From IMG/VR virus record IMGVR_UViG_3300020046_002068, positions 1,163-65,162 of that record: 64,000 nucleotides of DNA. The stretch is one strand, 5' to 3'. The translations under genes and the position numbers were made by a program. Source of the DNA: a virus. Taxonomy: Duplodnaviria > Caudoviricetes. A model generated the notes under the pieces. The model searched no databases, had not been told where the DNA came from, and was given only the letters and a program-made list of their open reading frames with translations. Below are positions 47,329 through 56,582 of this stretch, in pieces (the first letter of the stretch is position 1; every line of letters begins with the position of its first letter).

Positions 47329-47538
47329 CTATACGATCTTGACCGTACCTGAGTCATTCCAGAGATCCCCGGTTCGGAGTCCTGTGGCCGCTGTAGGTAG
47401 GTTAGTGATGTTGATACGCTGTACCTGAACAGCCTGCGGTGTAGATTGCTTCTGGATGTACAGGTTCAATTGGTGTATCACAGACGCCCAATACTTGGGG
47501 TCATATGATGTCGGCACTGGCCCAAAGACTACGTTCAT
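47329..47538 (-). CDS. Hypothetical tail-associated protein, 69 aa
   Basis: ATGA overlap; GLRTGDLWNDSGTVKI. Confidence 0.65.
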   Translation of the reverse strand: MNVVFGPVPTSYDPKYWASVIHQLNLYIQKQSTPQAVQVQRINITNLPTAATGLRTGDLWNDSGTVKIV

Positions 47539-49367
47539 ACTTTCCTACCGTCCGGCCTGCCGTCAATGCGAGGGATACCCAACCGCCACTGGACTCCAGT
47601 GCCACTACTCGACACTTTAATCTTGGCCTGTCGCCCGCGCAAGCGGATATGAAGCTGGTTTGTAAACTCGTCTACAGTAGCTGAAGCCGTTCGAGTAGTA
47701 GTCTGCTGGTCATCAGTAGTGTAATTGGTTCCCGGTTCAGTCCGCGCCCGTATATCAAACACGACCGAAGCACCAGTAATTGTCGATTCGTTAAAATCCA
47801 CATCGGGGATCACCTTCTGAATCAACACGTACTTGTCGCCATTCTCTAGGTCGAAGTCGGCGCTTTCGATGTAGCTCTCAATAGCTACTGGTGACCCGGT
47901 CTCATAGTCGTCGATCCCAGATTCTTGGTAGACAAGATTTCCTGAAGTAGTAGCGGCAATAGGGTACCGACGCAGAGGAGAATCCAGCCATGCTGTACGA
48001 CCCATAGTACCGTAATACCAAGTTCCATTGCCATAGTTGTATACGACATATCGATCGTTCAACTCGGAGCCGGCCGATGGATAGTGCCACCAGACTTCGT
48101 TATGTCTACGATTAACTCCCGCGTAGACCTGCTCGCGTTGACCGTAGTTGAAGTTTGAGAACACGTAGTCCAGCACGGGGCATGGGAGGACTTCGGTCCC
48201 ACCACGATACATGTGGAACCGGTTCTCGCTCATCCAATAAACAACGTTATTGGAGATCACCGCTGAATTGGGGGAGATGCACGACACCCCGAACGCAATG
48301 GGCGAGAAGGAATAGACGTACTCCCCCGCCACGAACTGCATGGAATACAGCGCAGCATCCGTCCAGATCAGGATCTGTCGATCCGACTTCAGCGCTGTGA
48401 TGATCTTGGTACCCGCGTCCAGGCGGTACCCGCCCGAGGTGTTCGACGCGCTTGGGTTCCACTCGGCTGCATCTTCCTGATCAGACCACCGGACGAACAG
48501 CGCGTCCTGTGTTGACGATCCGATGGGATTGGTGCCGAACGCGATCACGTGCCGCTCATCGCCCACCATCACCCACGTCGCCACCGTCGGCACCTGCGAA
48601 GCGCCAGCCAGCGTAGTCAGTTCAACCGCACGGGTGCCCGTGCCAGTCCCGGCGTCCCAGTAATAGATCGACCCGTTGTAGACATTGAAGACGAGGTCTT
48701 CACCGAAGTTGTCCTGCGACCACAGGCGCAACGTGTTGCGCAGAGTACGTGCAGTCGCCTCGCCCCAACCACTTTCGCCCCAACTACCTACCCCCCACCC
48801 AGTCCCACTGACCCCGTAATCGTTACCCGGAGTAATAAGATAGTCAAAAGTAACAGTACCACCACCGGAAGTAGTTGAAGAAGCATTTGATGTATGAGTA
48901 ATAGTATAGCTATCAGCAGTTGGAACAGTGGCGACTTCATATTCCCCGCTAACAGTAATGCCGCCCACAGCAGCAGCGCCAGATACAACCACCAGATCCC
49001 CGACTGATGCGCCATGGGCTACGTCGGATATTGTGACGGTAGGGGACCCACTAGACACTGAAATGGGGTTGAGTATCGACGCAGTAGATCGCAGTGGGGT
49101 GATGTCGTATAGTGTTCCATCATCCTCAACGTAATATTTTTTGGTTGTCCCGACTGCCAGATAGTTAGTCCCAGCCAGAGTGACCCACGAATGAAGGGCG
49201 CGAGCATAACCATTGAGGGTACTCCCGTTGAACTTGACCCAGCCACCGATCTTCTGGGGAGTCTCATAGAAGAAGCGTACCTTGTTACAGTCGTACCACC
49301 CCCCTTCACGCGCATAGCGCGTGTTGGAGCGGTCAATCCCGGGGCGGAATTTTAGTTGCTGGAACAT
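47535..49367 (-). CDS. Tail nozzle / stabilisation protein (P22 gp10 / T7 gp12-like), 610 aa
   Basis: Size, position and beta-propeller-like W-rich pattern (VRWSDQED..W). Confidence 0.7.
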   Translation of the reverse strand: MFQQLKFRPGIDRSNTRYAREGGWYDCNKVRFFYETPQKIGGWVKFNGSTLNGYARALHSWVTLAGTNYLAVGTTKKYYVEDDGTLYDITPLRSTASILNPISVSSGSPTVTISDVAHGASVGDLVVVSGAAAVGGITVSGEYEVATVPTADSYTITHTSNASSTTSGGGTVTFDYLITPGNDYGVSGTGWGVGSWGESGWGEATARTLRNTLRLWSQDNFGEDLVFNVYNGSIYYWDAGTGTGTRAVELTTLAGASQVPTVATWVMVGDERHVIAFGTNPIGSSTQDALFVRWSDQEDAAEWNPSASNTSGGYRLDAGTKIITALKSDRQILIWTDAALYSMQFVAGEYVYSFSPIAFGVSCISPNSAVISNNVVYWMSENRFHMYRGGTEVLPCPVLDYVFSNFNYGQREQVYAGVNRRHNEVWWHYPSAGSELNDRYVVYNYGNGTWYYGTMGRTAWLDSPLRRYPIAATTSGNLVYQESGIDDYETGSPVAIESYIESADFDLENGDKYVLIQKVIPDVDFNESTITGASVVFDIRARTEPGTNYTTDDQQTTTRTASATVDEFTNQLHIRLRGRQAKIKVSSSGTGVQWRLGIPRIDGRPDGRKV

Positions 49368-49502
49368 AGGGTTTCTTCTGTATCTTGCTCAGTATTCGGT
49401 CTACCTTGTTGCCGTCACGTATGTCCTGCGCCGATCTAAGTATCCAGTCAAAGACATTTTCATCTGTCTCTAACCACGGGTAGTTGGGGCGGCGCTTGGA
49501 TT

Positions 49503-49952
49503 TCACTCGGGTTTCTCTGGCCAGACAGGGGCGGTCAGATCGTCCGTGTTGATAGGGAGGTCCCGCAGGCGCTGACGGTAGGCACTCCACTTAGCAAGTG
49601 TAGCTGGATCCACTGGAACATCCTTGAAAAACATCCAGTCACACTCGCTCAACCGTCGATTACGTTCTGCTCGAAGCTCGGCCAAGGCAGCATCCATCCG
49701 GGCCTGGATGGTGTCCGGGTTCATCGGACGGATCTCCCAGGTCTGCAGCCATCCTGCGCCCACCCGCGTGGGGGCCACTTCCACCGCCATGGTGTTGGGT
49801 GGCATCGGGGGAACCGGCGAAGGCGTCACCACCCGCACGTTCTTGGGCAGATCATCCAGCGACGGGTTCAGCGGAAAGCTGGTGTTCGGGAATTCCTGGC
49901 GCAGATAAACCGGGTATCGCACCGTACCGTCTGGGTCTTCAATCAGATACAT
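49503..49952 (-). CDS. Tail fibre assembly chaperone
   Basis: LRAERNRRLSECDW...WSAYRQRLRDLP...WPEKP. Confidence 0.8.
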   Translation of the reverse strand: MYLIEDPDGTVRYPVYLRQEFPNTSFPLNPSLDDLPKNVRVVTPSPVPPMPPNTMAVEVAPTRVGAGWLQTWEIRPMNPDTIQARMDAALAELRAERNRRLSECDWMFFKDVPVDPATLAKWSAYRQRLRDLPINTDDLTAPVWPEKPE

Positions 49953-49954
49953 GG

Positions 49955-51121
49955 TTACATCCCATAGTATGTCTCGGTCGGCGACACCGATGAGTAGGTG
50001 TGTCCTGCCGATGAAACGCTGCTACTGGCCCCAGTAGTCACGGTCTGCGATCCAGCGGGGATCGTCGGCGAACTAGACGTGTACGTCGGATTGGTCAATG
50101 CGGTGTAGATCAACGACCCGTACGTACCCGCCGCAGGGGCTGCGCCGATCTCAGAGTTAACAACGTACACGTCACTGCTGACCGTTGTTACATGCCCGAA
50201 CGAATCTTGCCATTGTGCTCCAACATGGAACAACACTGATGCGTTTACTTCAGTCGCCCACTCCACAGCATTAGACGTGTTGACTTTGAACAGTGTATGC
50301 TTTGTAGACTGGTACGTGATTACATAGACATTGCCGGGGATATCCACCATAGCTCTTGCCACAGTGCCCGACGTGTAGTATCCCGATGACACCGTACCGC
50401 CTGTCGTCATCTTGATGACGTAACACCGGCTGTTCGTCGTATCCAGCGCGCCTATTACTAGAGCATTACTGGAGTCTAGATCGATGGATTTCATGTCCAG
50501 CACGGGTGTAGCAGCGGCGAAGTCTCGCTGCCATACCTCAGCGCCCGACGAATCCAGCTTGACCAACACTCCGGCGGAGTTATACACGTACGAGTTGCCA
50601 CTGCTATCTGTTATACCAAGCGGAACTCCATTGGTCCCAGATAAATCAGTACTCCACTGAACGGTTCCAGAGGAATTGAGCTTGTATACGCGCATACTAG
50701 AACTGCCGCCAGTAGTAAGATATACATTACCACTGCTATCAATTCCCAGTACGTACATCCGCGATGAGGTGATGTTCCCCTCATAAAAATCCCACTGCAA
50801 CGACCCGGCTGAATTGAACTTGGCGATATACCCACGCGAAATGGATACGTAGGTACCCGCCACATAGATGTTGTTGCTGCTATCAGTGCGAACAGATTGG
50901 ACGGTACCGTCCCGGTTCGCTTCTTGAGTGAACACCGCTGTACCGTACTTGTTGTACTTAAATACGGATAGCTTGTTGGTAGTATTGTTGACGCGAGAAG
51001 CAAAGATGTAGCTGCCTGCCGTGTCAATGGCGATAGCCGGACTGCCGGAGAAGCCCGAGCCCAGACCCACCCGACGGGTGAAGTCAGGAGCCGTGGAGCT
51101 ACCCATCCCAGCGAACAACAT
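49955..51121 (-). CDS. Beta-propeller receptor-binding-like protein, 388 aa
   Basis: Repeats DSSNNIYVAG, DSSGNVYLT, KLNSSG.VQW. Confidence 0.7.
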   Translation of the reverse strand: MLFAGMGSSTAPDFTRRVGLGSGFSGSPAIAIDTAGSYIFASRVNNTTNKLSVFKYNKYGTAVFTQEANRDGTVQSVRTDSSNNIYVAGTYVSISRGYIAKFNSAGSLQWDFYEGNITSSRMYVLGIDSSGNVYLTTGGSSSMRVYKLNSSGTVQWSTDLSGTNGVPLGITDSSGNSYVYNSAGVLVKLDSSGAEVWQRDFAAATPVLDMKSIDLDSSNALVIGALDTTNSRCYVIKMTTGGTVSSGYYTSGTVARAMVDIPGNVYVITYQSTKHTLFKVNTSNAVEWATEVNASVLFHVGAQWQDSFGHVTTVSSDVYVVNSEIGAAPAAGTYGSLIYTALTNPTYTSSSPTIPAGSQTVTTGASSSVSSAGHTYSSVSPTETYYGM

Positions 51122-52014
51122 TACCGGCTATCCCTCTGCGACATCATGCCGCGCCACGTGGTACCTGCATCGTCGGTGATGAACACCAGCACGTCGGTAC
51201 CGGAAGCCGTCAGCGTGGGGGCCGTGCCACTGGGCCACTTGGTGCCGCTCATCCATGTTTGAGCGTATGCACCACCATTAGTAAGCTCCAGGACAAACAT
51301 ATATACTCCAGTTGGAACTGAAGTGATAGCCCATGTAGTGACGCCGCCAGCCGTCGCTTCAACATAGTTAGTTGTAGTAGCATCATAGGAACGAGTACCT
51401 GAGCCTGATCCCGATGCCGTCTTAGACATCGAATAATTACCGTTAATAACCAGATTATTAGCAGTAGTACCCGACGAATTAAATAATGCCCGCTGGGTAC
51501 CCCCAGTAGTAATCGCGAAATTGTCTGCCGACGGAAAGTACCCACCGGTATTACTATCACCCGTAGTAGTGATGCTGGGTGCACTAACTGAACCTGCCCC
51601 GAATGTGCCCGAGGTTGCTACATACAGCGAAATGAAGTCGGTTCCGACGAACGCCACCGCACCGGTTGCACCGGCCGCGACGTTGACCCCGGTGGTAGCC
51701 GGAGCCTTGATGGTGACCGTGCTGTCGCTGGCGTTGCGCACCCAGTAGATCTTCTCCTGAGCAGGAGCGGTGATCACGCGGGTGGTGCCCGGGGATCCGG
51801 TGACGTTGAGCAGAGCGTGCCGTGCTTCGTCGGTGGAACCGTTAGCCGTAGACAGCGTCACATCACCTGCAGTCACACTGATATCCACAGCGCCAGCGAT
51901 GGCCTGCTCGATCAACGTACCCAGATTCGTGTTGACGATCTGACCCCACGTGCCGGTCTTCTCACCGTCAGCGGGGAGTTCCAGCCGCAGGCTGGTCGAA
52001 TAACTACTGGCCAT
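51121..52014 (-). CDS. Tail fibre protein, 297 aa
   Basis: MASSYSTSLRLEL...TWG...NTN N-terminus; KWPSGTAPTLT..G.DVL.F C-terminal fibre motif. Confidence 0.75.
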   Translation of the reverse strand: MASSYSTSLRLELPADGEKTGTWGQIVNTNLGTLIEQAIAGAVDISVTAGDVTLSTANGSTDEARHALLNVTGSPGTTRVITAPAQEKIYWVRNASDSTVTIKAPATTGVNVAAGATGAVAFVGTDFISLYVATSGTFGAGSVSAPSITTTGDSNTGGYFPSADNFAITTGGTQRALFNSSGTTANNLVINGNYSMSKTASGSGSGTRSYDATTTNYVEATAGGVTTWAITSVPTGVYMFVLELTNGGAYAQTWMSGTKWPSGTAPTLTASGTDVLVFITDDAGTTWRGMMSQRDSR

Positions 52015-52672
52015 TCATGCCTCCCGTCAATCCAGCAACGCGAGGCTGGCCGCTGCGGAACGAATCCCGCATGTCGAGTCCTTCGCCCATCCGTCGCAGT
52101 TGGGCAAGGGCTTCCAGATACTTGCTATCGTATAGCGCGATGATATCCGGCTCACCCTTCATATATACTGCGGCTTCTCTCAGCGATCCGTAGAGAAGTA
52201 CTTGTTCATAATTGTCGCCCACCCACGTCGTATCCGCTGTGACAATGCTTTCAGGATAGTAATAGTAGTCGTACTGAATTTCACTACCACTGGACGGAGT
52301 AGGCCCCAAGATGATTTCAGTTGATCTGATAATGGCATAGTATTGCGGGCTCCCAGTGACGCTACTATCCGGAAAGGCTTCTAGAATGAAGTCCGGATCT
52401 TTTTGAATGAGGTACGAATACGAGTAGCCAGTGCCCGTATCAACGCGGATGGCTGCGGAGAACATAGCCAGGAAATCATCCGGTAGGGGGAACCGATTAT
52501 CAGAAGCCACCAGCGAAGCATAGACACGCTTCCTTAGCTCAGGGATGTAGCATGAGTTATAGATGCGGCGCTCAGCCTGCTTGATGAACGTAGGGATCTT
52601 CGCTACGAACGAAGTCTCTAGGTTCTCTGAGTATTTTTGGATGTTGTCGGTCAGTTCAGCGTAGTCCATCAT
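52004..52672 (-). CDS. Putative head-tail adaptor / tail tubular protein, 222 aa
   Basis: FIKQAERRIY, G.PQYYA, LLYGSL.EA..YMK motifs; position. Confidence 0.65.
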   Translation of the reverse strand: MMDYAELTDNIQKYSENLETSFVAKIPTFIKQAERRIYNSCYIPELRKRVYASLVASDNRFPLPDDFLAMFSAAIRVDTGTGYSYSYLIQKDPDFILEAFPDSSVTGSPQYYAIIRSTEIILGPTPSSGSEIQYDYYYYPESIVTADTTWVGDNYEQVLLYGSLREAAVYMKGEPDIIALYDSKYLEALAQLRRMGEGLDMRDSFRSGQPRVAGLTGGMNGQ

Positions 52673-52887
52673 GGCTCCATGGGTCGTGGGTCATGGAGCG
52701 GATGCGGGTCCGTAGGCTTCAGTTCATTCACGAAGTTCTGCGGATGGTCCCCATCCCAGCAGTCGGGGCACACCTTCCCGCCTGTCTTCTTGCGATTGAC
52801 AGTCTCGTACTTAAGCTGCGACAGCTTGTACTTAAATCCGCACCTATCGCAGATCCCGGGGTGTTTGTCTGGGTTAGCGTAGGGCAT
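52669..52887 (-). CDS. Small Zn-finger protein, 72 aa
   Basis: CDRC...CPDC. Confidence 0.7.
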   Translation of the reverse strand: MPYANPDKHPGICDRCGFKYKLSQLKYETVNRKKTGGKVCPDCWDGDHPQNFVNELKPTDPHPLHDPRPMEP

Positions 52888-52888
52888 G

Positions 52889-53557
52889 TCAGTACATCAT
52901 CGGCATGATGGTAAAGGAAGCGCGTTCGCGATCTTCCTCCGTAGCATTACGCCATTCTTTCTCGTACATAGCTTCGAGGGTAGGAATACGTTCGAATGCT
53001 TCTGGCACCTTCTGTGCCAGATAGTAGGCTAGCCCAGCGACGAACGCTGGGAGGAAGCGAGTGGGAACATCCAAGTTGAGTGAACCGGTAGCCCCGGCGT
53101 CTTCGATCCGACGCAGTCGCCAGTACACAAAGGTGCCCGGTGTGGACCCTGTTGGCACTTGCCAGAATGTAACCGTGGGAGTTGCAACACGAGCCACGTA
53201 GACAGCGGTCGGTACCCCGGTTTGAGTCTTACTGGGAACAGCCGAATAGTCTGATATCGATAGTCGTCTAAGGACGCGGTCGGAACCTGAATCGGGCCGA
53301 AATACCGTCTCAATAACATCGACTGTATCGGCTGGGAGGTCGTACGTAGCTGTGCCAGAAACAAGGGGGATGGTTCCTGAGTCAATTGTCCAGAGATTTA
53401 AACCTCGATTTTGCCAATCGAGCATCATCAGGTCAATACTACGCCTTGCGGTCCGGTATTGATACCCCCCGCGTACTTCAATCCCTACTCGTTCGTAGGC
53501 TTCTTCAATTGCTTCTACGATGTTAAGGGTAAATGTGGTGGTACCGGACGTTGCCAT
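52889..53557 (-). CDS. Putative head-tail adaptor, 222 aa
   Basis: WQNRGLNLWT, P.RFLPA.VAGLAYYLA motifs; position. Confidence 0.65.
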   Translation of the reverse strand: MATSGTTTFTLNIVEAIEEAYERVGIEVRGGYQYRTARRSIDLMMLDWQNRGLNLWTIDSGTIPLVSGTATYDLPADTVDVIETVFRPDSGSDRVLRRLSISDYSAVPSKTQTGVPTAVYVARVATPTVTFWQVPTGSTPGTFVYWRLRRIEDAGATGSLNLDVPTRFLPAFVAGLAYYLAQKVPEAFERIPTLEAMYEKEWRNATEEDRERASFTIMPMMY

Positions 53558-53562
53558 GAATC

Positions 53563-53799
53563 TTATTTCCCTATCGTTTCATGCCACCACAAAACGATTT
53601 TAGTAATCATTGCGCCAAACGCTGTGAAAAACCCCCCAACTGCGATAATGACTTTCCATCCACCTTGGGTTTTCATCAGCATGTCGTGCATGTTATCGAC
53701 CTTAACGGCCATAATCTCAACACGCTTGCCGATATGCTGTACTCGTTCGTCCAACTTGCCGTACTCGACGGGGTCGATCTGCCTATTGCCTGTATTCAT
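53563..53799 (-). CDS. Coiled-coil plus C-terminal TM protein (possible holin/antiholin), 78 aa
   Basis: Hydrophobic GGWKVIIAVGGFFTAFGAMITKIVLWW. Confidence 0.55.
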   Translation of the reverse strand: MNTGNRQIDPVEYGKLDERVQHIGKRVEIMAVKVDNMHDMLMKTQGGWKVIIAVGGFFTAFGAMITKIVLWWHETIGK

Positions 53800-54113
53800 G
53801 GCTTAGATTTCCAGTTGTCAACAGCCTTAGCCAGCACCATCGATCCGGACCATGTAAGCAAATAGGCTGTATACAGCCATTCGGTCAGTTTCCCCTCAAC
53901 GGTGACATGCATAATCACCCAGGTAGAGATCGCTAGTGCTACCAATGCACCGAGTCGAGCAATAGACTCTTTGCCTTGTTCATCCTTCAGGCTATTCGCC
54001 CAGTCGAAGTCATTACGTCGTTGGGCACGGACAGCCACGTACACCGCTAACACCAGCATGATAGCCAGCGTTAGGTTGACGGGCTTTGTCCACTGTGCCC
54101 AATCGATGTTCAT
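53796..54113 (-). CDS. Multi-pass membrane protein (holin candidate), 105 aa
   Basis: Three hydrophobic segments and a basic C-terminus. Confidence 0.55.
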   Translation of the reverse strand: MNIDWAQWTKPVNLTLAIMLVLAVYVAVRAQRRNDFDWANSLKDEQGKESIARLGALVALAISTWVIMHVTVEGKLTEWLYTAYLLTWSGSMVLAKAVDNWKSKP

Positions 54114-54505
54114 GCACCGCGTGCCTTCCCATATCCACGGCGCACCATGCCGCCTGCCTTCATCGCCGTCACGCCACCTGCATTGCCCTCGGGCAGCTTC
54201 TTGCGGGTGGTCAGACCCAGCCGCTCACCCAGAGATTCTTCCTGCCCACGGGACTCCCGCTGGCGCTCCGACGCCTCTTCACGCTTGGCAGCACCTTTGG
54301 CTTCCGACGCCTTGGTGCGGGCGTTGTACGCCGTCTCACCCATCGATCCCGCCTTCACCTTCGAGGCAGTGACCTTGTCGTTGCTGTCGTCGGACTTCGA
54401 AGGCTTGTCGGACGCCAGATCGGTGGTGTACTTCTTGCCGTTCCATTCGAACGTCTTGCCGCCACCAGCCCGAGCTTCACGGAATGCTTCCTTGAAGGTA
54501 GCCAT
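54110..54505 (-). CDS. Basic hypothetical protein (FKEAF..AR..G.KTF.WNGKKYTT motif)
   Basis: Likely ATG at 54505 after GAAGGGG SD. Confidence 0.7.
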   Translation of the reverse strand: MATFKEAFREARAGGGKTFEWNGKKYTTDLASDKPSKSDDSNDKVTASKVKAGSMGETAYNARTKASEAKGAAKREEASERQRESRGQEESLGERLGLTTRKKLPEGNAGGVTAMKAGGMVRRGYGKARGA

Positions 54506-54506
54506 A

Positions 54507-54668
54507 TCAGCACCCCTTCTTGGCGACCTTGCCACCAGCCTTCATGCCGCCGGGGCGCTTGTTGGCCATCTTCATACCCCGGATGTTCTTCGGTGCCTTG
54601 GCGGCCCCAAAGGGGTTGGCTTTGGCGAAGGGGTTTGTGCCCCCCTTGGGCTTGACAGTCGGCTTCAT
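54507..54668 (-). CDS. Lys-rich 53-aa peptide (not in ORF track)
   Basis: MKPTVKPKGGTNPFAKANPFGAAKAPKNIRGMKMANKRPGGMKAGGKVAKKGC; ATGA overlap with the upstream gene. Confidence 0.7.
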   Translation of the reverse strand: MKPTVKPKGGTNPFAKANPFGAAKAPKNIRGMKMANKRPGGMKAGGKVAKKGC

Positions 54669-54967
54669 GCGACCCCCGCTTGTAAGTAGTTCACTTCAAG
54701 ATTGCCGCCGGACAGCGCGGACACGTTGATCCGGATAGCCTCGACAGGCACGACGTACGTGACCTCTGCTGAAGCGGTCTTGGCGGACCCGTTGGTGAAC
54801 CATCGGGGCGTTGCAGCCCCTAGGTTGTAGCAATGTTCCAGGGTGTACGACGTTGTACCAGCGGTCAGGGTCACTGACACGTTGATATTAATCGTCTGGA
54901 TATCGCGGTTAGCGATCCAAGTCGCCGCCGTACCCGTAGTCGTGAGGGTGAACAAAGAGGGTTTCAT
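54665..54967 (-). CDS. Small beta-rich virion protein, 100 aa
   Basis: SD; position after the capsid genes. Confidence 0.65.
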   Translation of the reverse strand: MKPSLFTLTTTGTAATWIANRDIQTININVSVTLTAGTTSYTLEHCYNLGAATPRWFTNGSAKTASAEVTYVVPVEAIRINVSALSGGNLEVNYLQAGVA

Positions 54968-54979
54968 AGTCCCCCCTCA

Positions 54980-55471
54980 TTACGCTGCGCTAGGATATTG
55001 CGATCCGTCAGCCGCACGTTGGATGTACTCAGCCGTGACGATGATAGTGCCAGCGGTCGGATCACCCGTGGTTGCCGTGAACGTGCCGTACACCGTCACA
55101 TCGGAAGTGCCGATGTTGTTGCACTCGGCCGGGACCATGGCAGCGTCGATGGTGGCTTGCACCGTGGGGATGGCGGTCAGCGCCAGCGCAGCGGAGCCCA
55201 TGTACAGCGCAGCGGAACCCGCCGTACCAAAGGTAGCGGCAACTGCACTGACGCTGCCGCCCGAGATGGCGACAGTCTTTTCAACACGGAAGCGCAGGAT
55301 CTTCGCGCCAGCGGGCAGGGTGAACAGGGCTTGGGCCACGGCACCGGTCGTCTTAGCGACGGTGGCAGCAACGGTGGCCGATTGGGTCAGAAGCAGGTTG
55401 CCGGTATTGCGGCTTGCGCCCTCTTTTACCGTACCGACGCGCACCGGACCTTGATGGGTGGTGAATGGCAT
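54980..55471 (-). CDS. Putative capsid decoration / fibre protein, 163 aa
   Basis: TTHQGPVRVG N-terminus; LFTLPAGAKI. Confidence 0.65.
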   Translation of the reverse strand: MPFTTHQGPVRVGTVKEGASRNTGNLLLTQSATVAATVAKTTGAVAQALFTLPAGAKILRFRVEKTVAISGGSVSAVAATFGTAGSAALYMGSAALALTAIPTVQATIDAAMVPAECNNIGTSDVTVYGTFTATTGDPTAGTIIVTAEYIQRAADGSQYPSAA

Positions 55472-55608
55472 AACTTGTTACTCCTGTCAGGGAGAATTCA
55501 CCTTGCTGTCTCTGACACGTCCGGCAGGCTAACGGTCAGCAAGATTGTATGGAGCCTGATTCCTACACTGTACAGGGGAAGTGCTGGCCCCACAAGGGGG
55601 GCGCATCG

Positions 55609-56463
55609 TCACGCGTAGCGGAAGGACCAGCCCTGATGCAACCCTTTTGCTACTGGGTTTCCCGACTGCAGCGCACGGTTCACGGTAGGGGGCTTGAGTC
55701 CTGTGGCTTCACGTAGGGCTGTGATGCTGGGGTATGCCGTCACTTCGCCCGTGGGGGAGACGGCCTCGATGCGGCGGCTCATCTTGGCCTTGGCTTCTTC
55801 GGTGTGGGTCTTGCCCTGGAAGTGGCTGTAGTTGCCTGCGGCGGCTGATGCACGGATCTTCGCCATACCCTCTGCGGAGATCGTCCGGGGGGCCTTGGGC
55901 ACGCCACGCTGTGTGTCGCCGATCTTCGCCCGCACTTCGTCACTGAGCGTCTGGCCGTAACGGTAGTGGTTGGCACCGGCCATTTTGCCCGTGCGTGATT
56001 CGCTGATACGAGCCTTGGTCTCTTCGGTGTGGTGCTTGCCGTAGCGGGGGTGGTTTTCGGGGGCTTTGGCGTAGTATTCCTTCAATGCGATAGATATCTG
56101 CTCTTTAGTATATGGTGTACGGGCGACTCCGAAATTCGGGTGCTGTTCTTTAGGCGCACCGCGCCATGGAGAATCTGCCGTATACCCGGTGTTGTAGCAG
56201 TGCGGCTTTCCTACATGCTTAGCTAGGAGCGCGTTTTCCGCTTTGTTTAAGTTGTCCATACTATCCACTACCATTATGACTTCAAATTTGAAGCATTCTT
56301 CTCCGTAGTGGTTCCACTCGCTTTGCAATTTGCTACAGTGGTGGTTGCCGTTGCGTAGCTTGATACGATGTGTGCGAAAGCGTTCTTTCGGGTTTGATGT
56401 CCCGCCAATGTAGAAATCATCGTTGACGACGTTACGGATTTGGTAGACAGCGTGCTGTTTCAT
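55609..56463 (-). CDS. Free-standing GIY-YIG homing endonuclease with NUMOD3/NUMOD1 repeats
   Basis: AVYQIRN...FYIGGT..RF..H; repeats KHHTEETKARIS and KTHTEEAKAKMS; YPSITALREATGL. Confidence 0.9.
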   Translation of the reverse strand: MKQHAVYQIRNVVNDDFYIGGTSNPKERFRTHRIKLRNGNHHCSKLQSEWNHYGEECFKFEVIMVVDSMDNLNKAENALLAKHVGKPHCYNTGYTADSPWRGAPKEQHPNFGVARTPYTKEQISIALKEYYAKAPENHPRYGKHHTEETKARISESRTGKMAGANHYRYGQTLSDEVRAKIGDTQRGVPKAPRTISAEGMAKIRASAAAGNYSHFQGKTHTEEAKAKMSRRIEAVSPTGEVTAYPSITALREATGLKPPTVNRALQSGNPVAKGLHQGWSFRYA

Positions 56464-56524
56464 AGGGATCTCCGGTACTTAACTAGGAGATCGTAATGTA
56501 CCCGCCGTGTGGTGTGGAAGTCAA

Positions 56525-56554
56525 GAAAAAGAAAGAGCCGCCCGGAGGCGGCTC
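56525..56554 (-). terminator. Intrinsic terminator after the major capsid gene
   Basis: Minus strand GAGCCGCC-TCCG-GGCGGCTC followed by TTTCTTTTTC. Confidence 0.9.
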
Positions 56555-56582
56555 GCAAAGCCTTGATTTATAAGGCTTTTTA

